Positions 18,980 to 29,374 are shown, numbered from the stretch's first letter. The stretch: 52,329 bases of DNA from Gemmatimonadales bacterium (GCA_041615815.1 JBFJCP010000031.1:1-52329); one strand, 5' to 3'. The notes: generated by a model from the letters alone, not told the origin. Translations and numbers: made by a program.

Positions 18980-19129
18980 ATGAGATCGCCGCGTCCTCGG
19001 GTGTTCCCGCCCCTTCCCCCTTTGCCGCCGCTCCCGCTGCTGCCCATCCTGCCGCTCATGCCATTGCTGCCCCTGCTCTTCCTCCTGCCCATCATCGCTC
19101 GAAACGTCGGGAAGGACGGCGAGCGGTGA
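18980..19129 (+). CDS. Putative 49-aa Leu/Pro-periodic small protein or leader peptide
   Basis: ATG 2 nt after the fdhD stop, with GGAG at 18971-18974. Translates as MRSPRPRVFPPLPPLPPLPLLPILPLMPLLPLLFLLPIIARNVGKDGER. Absent from the ORF track, which lists nothing under 60 aa. Confidence 0.4.
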   Translation: MRSPRPRVFPPLPPLPPLPLLPILPLMPLLPLLFLLPIIARNVGKDGER

Positions 19130-19235
19130 ACCGCACGGTACTGTCCACCCGGCCCGTCCCCCATTACCCATTCAAGGTCATGCGCCCACTTATTTCGCTT
19201 GCTCCTGACCGGGATTGGGGGTCATTGGATCGACC

Positions 19236-20942
19236 ATGACATTCGAGACCAACGAACAGCTCCTGAGCCGATGGCGGCAGGAGCCGTCACCGCTGCTGCC
19301 GGTGCTCCACGCGTTTCATGAACGCGACGGCTACCTCTCTGAGGAGTCGTTGGAGAGCATCGCCAAGGGACTACGGCTCCCCATCGCGGATCTCTTCGGC
19401 ACGGTCACTTTCTACCACCATCTAGCTCGCACGCCGGGTGGCGCCCACGCCCCGCGGGTGTGTACCGGACCGGTCTGTTGCCTGCGCGGAGCGTCGGAGA
19501 TCCTTCGGGCGTTGCAACAGGCGGGAGCCACACCAATGCCCTGCGCCGGACGCTGCGACGAACCGGTTCCGGTGCTGCGGGGAGATCGAGTCTCGGTGGG
19601 AACCACCGCCGACAGGCTCGCCGAACGCCCCTCGCCGCTCCCGCCACCGAACCCCGGCGGCGGCGAGGAGTGCGTATTCGCCGCCATTCGGGAGCCCGAC
19701 CGCCGGAGCCTGGCCGGATACCGCCGTACCGATGGGTACGAGGCATTGCGACGTGCCGTTACGAAGATGCGTGCCGACCAGGTGCTCTCGGTCATCGACG
19801 AGAGCGGGCTCGCCGGCCGCGGCGGTGCCGGATTCCCCACTGGTCGGAAATGGCGCGCCGTTGCCGACGCGCCCGGAAGACCGAAAACCGTGGTGTGTAA
19901 TGCCGATGAAGGCGAACCCGGCTGCTTCAAGGATCGCGCGATCCTGGATTACGATCCACACGCCGTCATAGAAGGAATGCTACTGGCCGGTTATGCCGCC
20001 GGCGCCACCCGCGGATTCATCTACTTGCGGTACGAGTATCCAGACACCTACCGCATTCTGGAGGAAGCCCTCCGCGAGGCATCCGCCAACGGATTGCTCG
20101 GACATCGCATCCTGGACACCGACTTCTGCTTCGAGCTTTACGTGCGCCGTGGCGCCGGTGCCTACATCTGTGGTGAAGAAGGCTCGTTGCTCAACAGCCT
20201 CGAGGGGAAACACCCGTTTCCGCGGAACCGGCCTCCCTTCCCGGTGACCCACGGGTACGAGAACCTGCCCACCGTGGTGAACAACGTGGAGACGCTCGCC
20301 TCGGCACCCGCTATCGTTCGGCGCGGCGCCAAGTGGTATCGTGGACTGGGAAAGAACGAGCATGCAGGGACCAAGGTCATCAGCCTGTCCGGCGACGTTC
20401 AACGTCCAGGCAACTACGAAGTGCCCCTGGGATTGCCATTGAGCAAGCTCCTTCACGAGTGGGCAGGTGGTCCACCACCCGGCCGGTCCGTGCAGGCCGT
20501 GACAATGGCTGGACTCTCCGGCGGATTTCTGGCCAAAGACGATCTCGACATTACCCTGGACGAACCCAGCATCCGCAGCAAAGGGTCGTTCCTTGGCGCG
20601 GGCGGGATTATGGTGTTCGACGACAGTCGGGACATGGTGCAGGTGGCGCGAGATGCCATGGAGTTTTTTGCCGAGGAATCCTGTGGAAAATGCTTCCCGT
20701 GCCGGATCGGCACCCAACGCCTGACTGAACGCCTCGCCGGCACCGCCGGTCCTCGAGACGTTGCAGTCTGGATCGACGAGGTGACCGACCTCGGCCGCGC
20801 CATGAAAGCCATGAGCGCCTGCGGGCTCGGTATCGCCGCGCCTTTGATCACGGACAGCCTGATAAGGTATTTTCCAGAACGCCTTGCGGCGCATGTAAGT
20901 AACGGCCAGGTCGCTCCTCGTGGGGGCCGGGGCCAGGGGTGA
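19236..20942 (+). CDS. NAD-dependent formate dehydrogenase diaphorase subunit, NuoE-NuoF (FdsG-FdsB) fusion
   Basis: N-terminal NuoE-like segment (LHAFHERDGYL..TFY..CTGPVC..CAGRC). GRGGAGFPTG, NADEGEPG, GAYICGEE and ESCGKCFPCRIG..C motifs follow. Confidence 0.9.
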   Translation: MTFETNEQLLSRWRQEPSPLLPVLHAFHERDGYLSEESLESIAKGLRLPIADLFGTVTFYHHLARTPGGAHAPRVCTGPVCCLRGASEILRALQQAGATPMPCAGRCDEPVPVLRGDRVSVGTTADRLAERPSPLPPPNPGGGEECVFAAIREPDRRSLAGYRRTDGYEALRRAVTKMRADQVLSVIDESGLAGRGGAGFPTGRKWRAVADAPGRPKTVVCNADEGEPGCFKDRAILDYDPHAVIEGMLLAGYAAGATRGFIYLRYEYPDTYRILEEALREASANGLLGHRILDTDFCFELYVRRGAGAYICGEEGSLLNSLEGKHPFPRNRPPFPVTHGYENLPTVVNNVETLASAPAIVRRGAKWYRGLGKNEHAGTKVISLSGDVQRPGNYEVPLGLPLSKLLHEWAGGPPPGRSVQAVTMAGLSGGFLAKDDLDITLDEPSIRSKGSFLGAGGIMVFDDSRDMVQVARDAMEFFAEESCGKCFPCRIGTQRLTERLAGTAGPRDVAVWIDEVTDLGRAMKAMSACGLGIAAPLITDSLIRYFPERLAAHVSNGQVAPRGGRGQG

Positions 20943-20949
20943 GGGGCAT

Positions 20950-23697
20950 ATGATCAAACCCACCACACAGACAACCACCGCCACGATGACCCTCGATGGC
21001 GTCGAGGTCGCCTTTACCGAGGGCGAAACGATCTACCAAGTCGCTAGGCGGTATCACAAGGAGATCCCGACGCTCTGCTACGATCCGCGCCTCGAGCCGT
21101 TTGGCGGGTGCCGCATGTGCGTTGTGGACGTCGAAGGCCAGCGTAACCCCGTGGCCTCTTGCACGGTGGCAGCAACGCCGGGGATGGTGGTGCAAACTCG
21201 GACGGATGCCATCGAAGACCTGCGCACCACGTTGCTCGAGATGGTGGTCTCGGAAAACCGCGAGCTGCATGTCGATCCCCTGCGCGGCTATGCCTCCCAA
21301 GAACTCACCGAGCTGGTCAACGAGTATCGGGCGCAGACGGGACGCTTCGCCGGCAAGCAGTCCGGCGCGAGCCGTCTGGACGACGACAATCCGTTCATTC
21401 TGCGGGATTATGACCTCTGCATCTCCTGCTACCGCTGCGTGCGTGTCTGCGCGGAGCAGGAAGGCGATTACGCCATCAGCGTCATGAACCGCGGATTTCA
21501 TACTCAGATCACGACGGAGTTCAACGGACTGCTCAAGGGCTCGGCCTGCACGTTCTGCGGGCAATGCGTGCAGACGTGTCCCACCGGTGCCCTGGCGGAT
21601 CGGAAGGCCATGCGGCACGCGGACACGCCGGGCAGGATCGAGAAGACCCGGACCATCTGCCCGTATTGTGGTGTCGGCTGCTCGGTGGACATCCTCACGA
21701 AAGGTGACACCATGGTCGGCGTGCAACCGGCGATGGACGGACCGGCCAACGAAGGAGCTCTGTGCATCAAGGGACAGTTCGCGTATGACTTTGTGCAGCA
21801 CCCCGATCGCCTGAAGCGGCCTATGGTGCGCGGCGAGGACGGGGCGCTGCACGAAACCGATTGGGACATGGCGCTCGATCGAGCAGCGGATGGGTTCAGG
21901 AAGGCGTTGCAGGAACATGGAAGACACAGTGTCTATGGGATTGCCTCAGGTCGTGCCCCGTGCGAAGCCGGTTACAGCATGCAGAAGTTCATCCGTGCGG
22001 GGTTCGGGACCAACTACATAGACAACTGCAGCCGGGCCTGACACTCCCCCACGGTTGCCGGTCTGGCAGCCACGATTGGACGAGGCGCCATGTCGAACCC
22101 ACTGGCCGACATGGAAAAGCCGGACGTGATCTTCTGTATCGGCACCAACATGACCGAGTGTCACCCCGTCGCGGCCACGAGGATCAAGCGGGCACTGGCC
22201 AAGGGCGCCAAAATGATCGTCGCCGATCCGCGGCACATCGATCTTGCCGATCTCGCCGAAGTCTACCTGCCCCTCCGGGTCGGCTCTGACGTCGCATTGC
22301 TCCTCGCCATGGCCCACGTGATCGAGCGCCAGGGGCTGGTGGATCCCGGCTTCATCGCCGAGCGTACCGTCGAAAGCGAAGAGTTTCTCGAACACGTTCG
22401 GGGCTTCACGCCCGAATGGGCGGAGACCATTACCGGCGTGCCGGCCAAGGACATCGAGACCGCGGCACTCCTCTACGGCAACGCCGCGCGGGGGGCCATC
22501 TACTACACGCTCGGTGTCACCGAGCATATCTGCGGCGTCGACAATGTGCAGAGCCTGTGCAACCTCGCGCTCATGACGGGGAACGTGGGACGCGAGGGAA
22601 CCGGCATCAATCCCATGCGTGGGCAGAACAACATCCAGGGCGCGGGGGACACCGGCGCACTCCCCAACAACTATCCCGGGTTCCAGCCGGTCACCGATCC
22701 TGCCAACCAAGCGAAGTTCGAGAAGGCGTACGGGACCAAAATCGATCTTGAGAAGGGCATCACCAAGGTCACCGCACTCAAGCTGTGCGGCGACCAGATC
22801 CGCGCGATGGTCATCGACGGCGAGAATACGGTCGTCTCAGATCCGGATCGCAAACACTGCGAGCACGCCCTTCGGAGCCTCGACCATCTCGTGGTCATCG
22901 ACCTTTTCTTGACCGAAACGGCGGCCCTGGCCGACGTGGTCTTCCCAGCCACTGCCTGGGGCGAGACCGAGGGCACGTGTACCAACACCGAGCGGCGCGT
23001 GCAGCGACTGCGGAAAGCCGTGGACCCACCGGGTGAAGCCAAGCCGGACTGGTGGATCGTGGCTCAGATCGCCAAGCGGCTCGGCATCCACGGTTTCGAA
23101 TGGACCGAGGCGAAGGAAGTCTTCAACGAGCTGTGCGAGTTGTCCGCCACCTATCACGGGCTGGATTGGGACCGGATCGAGCACGGCGAGTACCATTGGC
23201 CGGTACCGGAGAAAGGCCATCCGGGAACACCGCGGCTGCACGAGGAGCGGTTCATCAACGGCCGCGGGGTTTTCAAATTGATCGAGTATCGCGATCCCGC
23301 CGAGACCATCAACAGCGAATTCCCCCTCTGGCTCACGACAGGTCGCCGGCTCCAATCGTACCACACGCGCACACAGACCGGGCGCGCCGCCGGGATCGAC
23401 TACCTCCTCCCGGAGGAGGTGCTCGAAGTTCATCCCGACGACGTGGCGAAGTACGGTCTCGAGGACAGTGGCTGGTGTCAGCTCACGAGTCCGCGTGGCT
23501 CGATCGAGATCAAGGTGAAAGCAACGCGCCGCTCGCCCAAGGGTACAGTATTCGCGAGTTTCAGCTTCGCTGACGTCCCGGTAAACGTACTGACCGGCTC
23601 GGGCTACGATCCGATCACCGAGACCGCCGAACTCAAGGTATGTGTGGTGAATGTGAAACCGTGTCGGGACGGAGTTCAGGGAAAGCGGAGGGTGTAA
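20950..23697 (+). CDS. fdhF: Cytoplasmic formate dehydrogenase alpha subunit, selenocysteine-containing (915 aa, Sec at codon 364)
   Basis: ORFs 20920-22041 and 22090-23697 are in one frame, joined by TGA 22039-22041 in the motif DNCSRA-U-HSPTVAGL. N-terminal 2Fe-2S and 2x4Fe-4S motifs, CPYCGVGC, RGQNNIQG and TTGRR are present. Confidence 0.93.
22042..22071 (+). promoter_or_regulatory. Bacterial SECIS element
   Basis: Stem GGTTGCC (22053-22059), loop GGTCT, GGCAGCC (22065-22071), beginning 11 nt after the UGA. Confidence 0.85.
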
Positions 23698-23929
23698 GAA
23701 GGGACAGCGGGCCGGGAAACAGGAGGCACCCGTGATCCCCACCTCGCTCACCGTCCCCTGGCGTCTTCCCCTCGGGTCTTGCATGTTAATTCCTGCGGTC
23801 ACGGCCGTTGCTTCTCGACGGCCGCCGCGGTAGCTGTATCTCCCGGAGTGCGTTGATTCCCGGCGCGGCCCCGCCCTCGCCGGTCGCACCCACTAGCAGC
23901 CGCTTCGGTGAACCAGCGCGGGAGAGACC

Positions 23930-26914
23930 ATGGCGATTTCCCGAAGGAGCTTCCTCAAGGTCTCTGTGGCTGGTGGGCTCGGTGTCTCGGCCCTCGGCTT
24001 CGATCTCAAACCGGCGTACGCCGCTTCCCGCCAGCTCAAGATCCGCCACGCCAAGGAGTACAAGACCGTCTGCCCGTATTGTGCGGTGGGCTGCGGGACC
24101 ATCGCGTACGTCCATGGAAGCGGCGGGCTCAACACCACCAAGACCGTCATTCACGTCGAGGGCGATCCTGATAGCCCCATCAACGGCGGCACCCTATGCC
24201 CGAAGGGTGCCGCGCAGATGCAGCTGGCCATCAGCCCGCGACTGGGGAAGACACCCATGTTCCGGGAGTCCGGCGCCACCGAGTGGAAGGAAGTGAGCTG
24301 GGACCGGGCGATGGAGTGGTTCGCCCGCCGGTTCAAGGACTCCCGGGACGCCACCTTCGTGGAGCGCGACGACCGCGGCCGGACCGTCAACCGCTGTGAG
24401 GGCATTGCGTGGGTGGGCAGCGCCACCGTTTCGAACGAAGACGCCTACTTCATTACGAAGACCATGCGAGGCCTGGGGTTGATGTATATCGACCATCAGG
24501 CCCGGATATGACACAGCCCTACGGTGGCCAGTTTGGCCGCCACGTTTGGTCGAGGAGCGATGACCAACCACTGGAAGGACATCAAGAACGCCGATGTCAT
24601 TCTGGTGATGGGAGCCAACCCCGCTGAGAACCATCCCTGCGGATTCAAATGGGCCATTGAAGCACGGGATGGGCGCGGTGCCAAGCTCGTAACGATCGAT
24701 CCGCGGTTCACCCGCACCTCCGCCGTCGCCGATCATCATCTCCAGATCCGGCCAGGCTCGGACATCGCGATCCTGGGCGGATTCATTCGCTATATGCTCG
24801 AGAACGACCTGCAGCACGACGACTACGTGCAGCTGCACACCAACGCGTCGTTCATCGTGAGTCGAGGTTTCGATTTTCAAGACGGCCTCTTCTCCGGCTT
24901 CGATCAGGCCACGCAGCAATACGACAAACAATCCTGGGACTACGAGCGCGGACCCGACGGTTACGTGCGACGCGACCTGACGCTGCAGCATCCCCGTTGC
25001 GTGTTCCAGCTCCTCAAACGCCACTACGATCGCTACACGCCGGAGATGGTGGCGCAGATCGCCGGCTGCAGCGAAGACGACTTTCTCAAGATCTCCGCGA
25101 TCATCTGTTCCACCGGCCGGGCCGACCGGGTGGGCACGATCATGTACGCGGTGGGTTGGACGATGCACACCGTGGGGAGCCAAATCATCCGGACGGCCGC
25201 CATCCTCCAGCTGCTGCTGGGCAACATCGGGCGGCCAGGCGGCGGAATCAACGCGCTGCGCGGACATGCCAACGTGCAGGGGGCCACCGACCACGCCATT
25301 GTGGCGGACATACTTCCCGGCTACCTCAAAGTGCCAGACCCCTCGCAGATGTCGTTGGCGCAACACCTCCAGGAGTCCACGCCTCGCGCTCTGCGTCCCG
25401 ACACGATGAACTACTGGGGGAACTACCCCAAGTTCTTCGTATCACAGATGAAGAGCTGGTTTGGTGATCATGCGTCGCCTCAGAACGATTACGCCTATCA
25501 CTATCTCGCCAAGCCACCGGACGACGCTTCGTGGCTCTCGATCTGGGATCAGGCCCACCAAGGAAGGCTCGAGGGCTTCATCGCGCTGGGGTTCAACCCG
25601 TTGCTAGCGGGGCCCGACATCCCGCGTCTCCTCCGGGCGATGTCACGCCTCAAGTGGAAGGTCGTGATCGATCCCTTCATGTTGGACTCGGCGGAGTTCT
25701 GGAAGGCTCCTGGGATGATCGCCGAAGAGATCGAGACCGAAGTGCTCTATCTCCCCGCCACACATTGGATCGAGCGCGACGGCTCGTTCACCAACAGCGG
25801 CCGGTGGGCACAGTGGAAGGAAAAAGCGATCGATCCACCACCGGGTGTCAGGTCGGACACGTGGATCCTGTCGCAGTTGTTCTGGCGGGTGAAAGCGCTC
25901 TACCAGAGAGAAGGCGGCGCCTACCACGAGCCCATTACCCATTTGACGTGGGACTACCTGAATCCGCGAGAGCCCACGCTGGTGGAGCTGGCCAAAGAGA
26001 TCAACGGCTACGATCTCACCACGGGCCAGCTCCTCTCGTCCTTCGGGCAATTGCAGGCTGATGGCTCCACCGCCAGTGGCAACTGGCTCTACTGTGGGAG
26101 CTATACCGAGCAGGGGAACATGATGGCGCGCCGCGGCGTCGAGGATTCCACAGGCCTCGGTATGCATCACGACTGGGCGTGGAGTTGGCCCCTGAATCGA
26201 CGGGTGCTGTACAACCGCGCATCCGCCGATGCCGACGGTGTTCCGTGGGATACGCAGCGCGCCGGGATTCAGTGGAACGGCCGTGAGTGGATCGGTGACG
26301 TTCCCGACTACGGGCGGACCACACGGCCGGATGCGATGGGCGCCTTCATCATGACCGAAGAGGGCGTGGCCCGTCTGTTCAGTAACTACTTGACTGACGG
26401 CCCCATCCCCGAGCACTACGAGCCCGCCGAAAGCCCCACGGCTAACCTGCTGCACGAGAACGTGCCAGTGAATCCGGTAGTTCGCTGGTACGACGGCGTG
26501 AAGGACACACTAGCTGAGGCGAACGGCGAATTCCCACACGCGTGCACGGTCTATCGGGTAGTGGAGCGCGAGCACTTCGTCACGAGCAACGTGCCCTACC
26601 TGGTAGAGCTCATGCCGGATTTCTTCGTCGAACTTCCGGAGGGGTTGGCGCTGGAGAAAGGCATCCCCAACGGCGGCCGTGTGCGTGTGAGGTCCAAGCG
26701 CGGCGAAGTGGTGGGCACGGCCATCGTGACCAAGCGTATCAAGCCGCTCACGGTGAACGGGAAGACACTTTGGACGGTGGGGATCCCCGTCCACTGGGGT
26801 TTCGTGGGAATCACTCAGGGATCGATGGCCAATCAGCTCACACCGTTCATCGGTGATGCCAATACCAAGTGTCCCGAGTTCAAGGCGTTCCTCGTGAACG
26901 TCGAGAGAGCATGA
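23930..26914 (+). CDS. fdnG: Periplasmic formate dehydrogenase-N/O alpha subunit, selenocysteine-containing (994 aa, Sec at codon 194)
   Basis: Tat motif SRRSFLK, CPYCAVGC, in-frame TGA 24509-24511 in DHQARI-U-HSPTVASL, GANPAENHP and LRGHANVQG. Confidence 0.94.
24512..24541 (+). promoter_or_regulatory. Bacterial SECIS element
   Basis: Stem GGTGGCCA (24523-24530), loop GTT, TGGCCGCC (24534-24541), beginning 11 nt after the UGA. Confidence 0.85.
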
Positions 26915-27780
26915 GCAACGCGCTCGCGATCAAACGGATCTCGGCGACGCCCACACCGCCACCCACCATCCGGTCGTCGCCGGAGTACGCGAAACTGGTA
27001 GACATCGCACGCTGTATTGGCTGCAAAGGGTGCGAGGTGGCGTGCAAGGAATGGAATGAGCTCAAGGTCGAGCCCACCGTCAATTTCGGAAGTTACCAGA
27101 GCCATGAGGACCTCTCGCCGGACACGTGGCTGCTCATGCGGTTCCGTGAAACGGAGATCGACGGAAACCTCAATTGGCTCATCAAGAAGGACGCATGTCT
27201 TCACTGTGAAGAACCAGGGTGTCTCTACGCGTGCCCGGCGCCCGGGGCCATTGTGCAGTACGAGAACGGGATCGTCGATTTCAATCAAGAGAACTGCATC
27301 GGGTGCCAGTACTGTGTCAGCGGCTGCCCGTTCGATATTCCCCGGTTCGACAAAACCACGAAAAGAGTCTACAAGTGCAACATGTGCATCGACCGGGTCG
27401 AAGCAGGGCTCGAGCCTGCTTGTGTGAAGACCTGCCCCACCAACGCGATCTCATGGGGCACCAAGGACGACATGCTCGCGCTGGCCACGGGGAAGGTCGA
27501 GACACTCAAGGAACGCGGCTTCGCGAACGCGGCGGTCTACGATCCCACGGGCGTGGGTGGCGTTCACATGATGTACGTGGTGCCTCACGGTAACCGTCTC
27601 GCCGAGTACGATCTGCCGGAAGACCCGGTCGCGAGCCCCGGACCCATAGCAGCACTCGGGACCGTCAAGAAGATCGGATCCTACCTCTTCGGCTTTGGGA
27701 TTGTCGGTGCACTGCTGCATCTCTTGGCGGTGGGTCCTGAGTCTCCCGAGAACGAATCGGGCGTGCCGGGGGGCAATTGA
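26911..27780 (+). CDS. fdnH: Formate dehydrogenase beta (iron-sulfur) subunit
   Basis: CIGCKGCEVACKEWN, CLHCEEPGC, CIGCQYCVSGCPF and KCNMC motifs, a C-terminal TM helix, and an ATGA overlap with fdnG. Confidence 0.93.
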   Translation: MSNALAIKRISATPTPPPTIRSSPEYAKLVDIARCIGCKGCEVACKEWNELKVEPTVNFGSYQSHEDLSPDTWLLMRFRETEIDGNLNWLIKKDACLHCEEPGCLYACPAPGAIVQYENGIVDFNQENCIGCQYCVSGCPFDIPRFDKTTKRVYKCNMCIDRVEAGLEPACVKTCPTNAISWGTKDDMLALATGKVETLKERGFANAAVYDPTGVGGVHMMYVVPHGNRLAEYDLPEDPVASPGPIAALGTVKKIGSYLFGFGIVGALLHLLAVGPESPENESGVPGGN

Positions 27781-28412
27781 TGCGGGCGAACGAGATCCAA
27801 CGCTTCACCTATGCGGAACGCGTGGTGCACTGGGTGGTGGGCGTCACATTCGTGTTCTTGTTGCTCACCGGTCTCGCGTTCTCGTATCCCAAGCTGTTCT
27901 GGCTCACGTCCCTCGTGGGTGGTGGTGCGGTCGCACGTGTTCTCCATCCGTGGGTGGGCATCGTGTTCACCGTGGGGCTCGTGTTCATGGTCGTGCTGTG
28001 GATCCGCGAAATGTTCCTGGACCGCCACGACGTCGAGTGGCTCAAAGCCATCCGTCACTACGTGGCTCACCAGCGTGACAAGGTTCCACCGGCCGGCAAG
28101 TACAACGCCGGCCAGAAGCTCTTTTTCTGGGTGCAGAGTGTGTCGGGCGTCGTGTTTCTGGTGACAGGACTCTTACTCTGGTTTCCAGAAGGTTTTCTTG
28201 GGCTTGACCCGTTTGGCCGGGGCACGCTATCGGCCATGCGGTTCTTGCATTACCTCGCAACGCTTGGCTGTGGGCTCTTCCTCATCGTGCATGTCTACCT
28301 CGGCACGGTAGCCTATCCCGGCACGGCTCGCGGCATGATCGACGGCAAGGTCACCCGCGGATGGGCCAAGCTGCATCATCCGCAGTGGCACCGGGAGAAG
28401 ACCGGTTCTTGA
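27780..28412 (+). CDS. fdnI: Formate dehydrogenase cytochrome b556 (gamma) subunit
   Basis: ERVVHW, GKYNAGQK and WAKLHHP motifs; 4 TM helices with heme-ligating His residues. Confidence 0.93.
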   Translation: MRANEIQRFTYAERVVHWVVGVTFVFLLLTGLAFSYPKLFWLTSLVGGGAVARVLHPWVGIVFTVGLVFMVVLWIREMFLDRHDVEWLKAIRHYVAHQRDKVPPAGKYNAGQKLFFWVQSVSGVVFLVTGLLLWFPEGFLGLDPFGRGTLSAMRFLHYLATLGCGLFLIVHVYLGTVAYPGTARGMIDGKVTRGWAKLHHPQWHREKTGS

Positions 28413-29272
28413 CTGCTGACGCCGACGAGGCGCTGCAGCACACGTTCCAGCAACGAAAGCTCAGGGCCAACGAGCTGCTCGATCGCCATCCCCACGCCGA
28501 ACAGATCCTCATCTTCTATATCAATCTCCTCGAGATCCAGGAGCCCTTGGGGCGCGAGGCTCTGGCTGCCCCGTGGGCGAAAGGGGTGGTGAAGGCAAAA
28601 GCGACGCCTCCGCTCCGCCTCGAGCAACTCCCCATCGACGACATCCTCTCACTGCTCCGGAGGTTCCTCGGGGACCTGAAGGGCTTCGGAACGGGCACCG
28701 TAAACGCGGTGGCCGGCAAGCTTGCGAGGGCGGACCCAGCATTGCTCGTGCGGTTGTTACAGCGGTTTTCGGCGGGGGAATCGTGCGACGATTTGGCACG
28801 AGAGCTCGAGGCCGAACCACTGCAAATCGGCTTCTTCCCGCGAGCCTTGCTGCAGCCGATAGCGGAAGCGTTTGCGGCGAAGGTGCGGATCGCCACCGCC
28901 ACACGGCAGCATCGCCGTTGCCCCACGTGCGGCAGGCTTCCGCAGGTGACCTTCGTGCGTGACGAGCCCGAGATCAAAGGACGGCGATTTCTCACCTGTT
29001 CGCTCTGCGGAACGCAATGGCCGTACCCCCGATCCACCTGCGCCGCATGCGGCGAGACCAACACCGACAACATCGTCTATCACGCCAGCGACACCCTGCT
29101 GCATCTCCGAGTCGAGGAGTGCCTCACCTGCCGCACGTACATCAAATCCGTGGATTTACGGCAGGACGGACGAGCGATTTCAGTGGTGGACGAGATCGCC
29201 TCGGTCGAGTTGGATGTCTGGGCCGAAGAGCGGGGGCTCAGAAAGATCGAGAGGAACGTCGTGGGACTGTAG
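28409..29272 (+). CDS. fdhE: Formate dehydrogenase accessory protein FdhE
   Basis: CPTCG, CSLCGTQW, CAACGE and ECLTCRTYIK motifs. TTG 28409 overlaps the fdnI stop. Confidence 0.92.
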   Translation: MTADADEALQHTFQQRKLRANELLDRHPHAEQILIFYINLLEIQEPLGREALAAPWAKGVVKAKATPPLRLEQLPIDDILSLLRRFLGDLKGFGTGTVNAVAGKLARADPALLVRLLQRFSAGESCDDLARELEAEPLQIGFFPRALLQPIAEAFAAKVRIATATRQHRRCPTCGRLPQVTFVRDEPEIKGRRFLTCSLCGTQWPYPRSTCAACGETNTDNIVYHASDTLLHLRVEECLTCRTYIKSVDLRQDGRAISVVDEIASVELDVWAEERGLRKIERNVVGL

Positions 29273-29374
29273 AAGGCTTGGGAGGCTGGAAAGTGAAACG
29301 TCGGATAGGGGAGGGCGGTCGGAAATGTCTCACGAACCGTCCCACCGTCCAACCTTCACACCTTCCAGCCCGCT
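29273..29374. repeat. Octamer-repeat inverted hairpin between convergent genes
   Basis: GGAGGCTGGAAAGTGAAACGTCGGA ... CCGTCCAACCTTCACACCTTCCAGCC. Confidence 0.6.

Noticed and set aside
23698..23929. Moco/Wco riboswitch upstream of fdnG
   Set aside because: Hairpins are present (e.g. GGCCGT..ACGGCC), but I cannot recognise the conserved Moco motif by eye. An Infernal/Rfam search is needed.
20920..26914. Four separate or truncated FDH ORFs, or pseudogenes
   Set aside because: Both internal TGAs fall at the catalytic Cys/Sec position, keep frame and are followed by SECIS hairpins. They are two intact selenoprotein genes.
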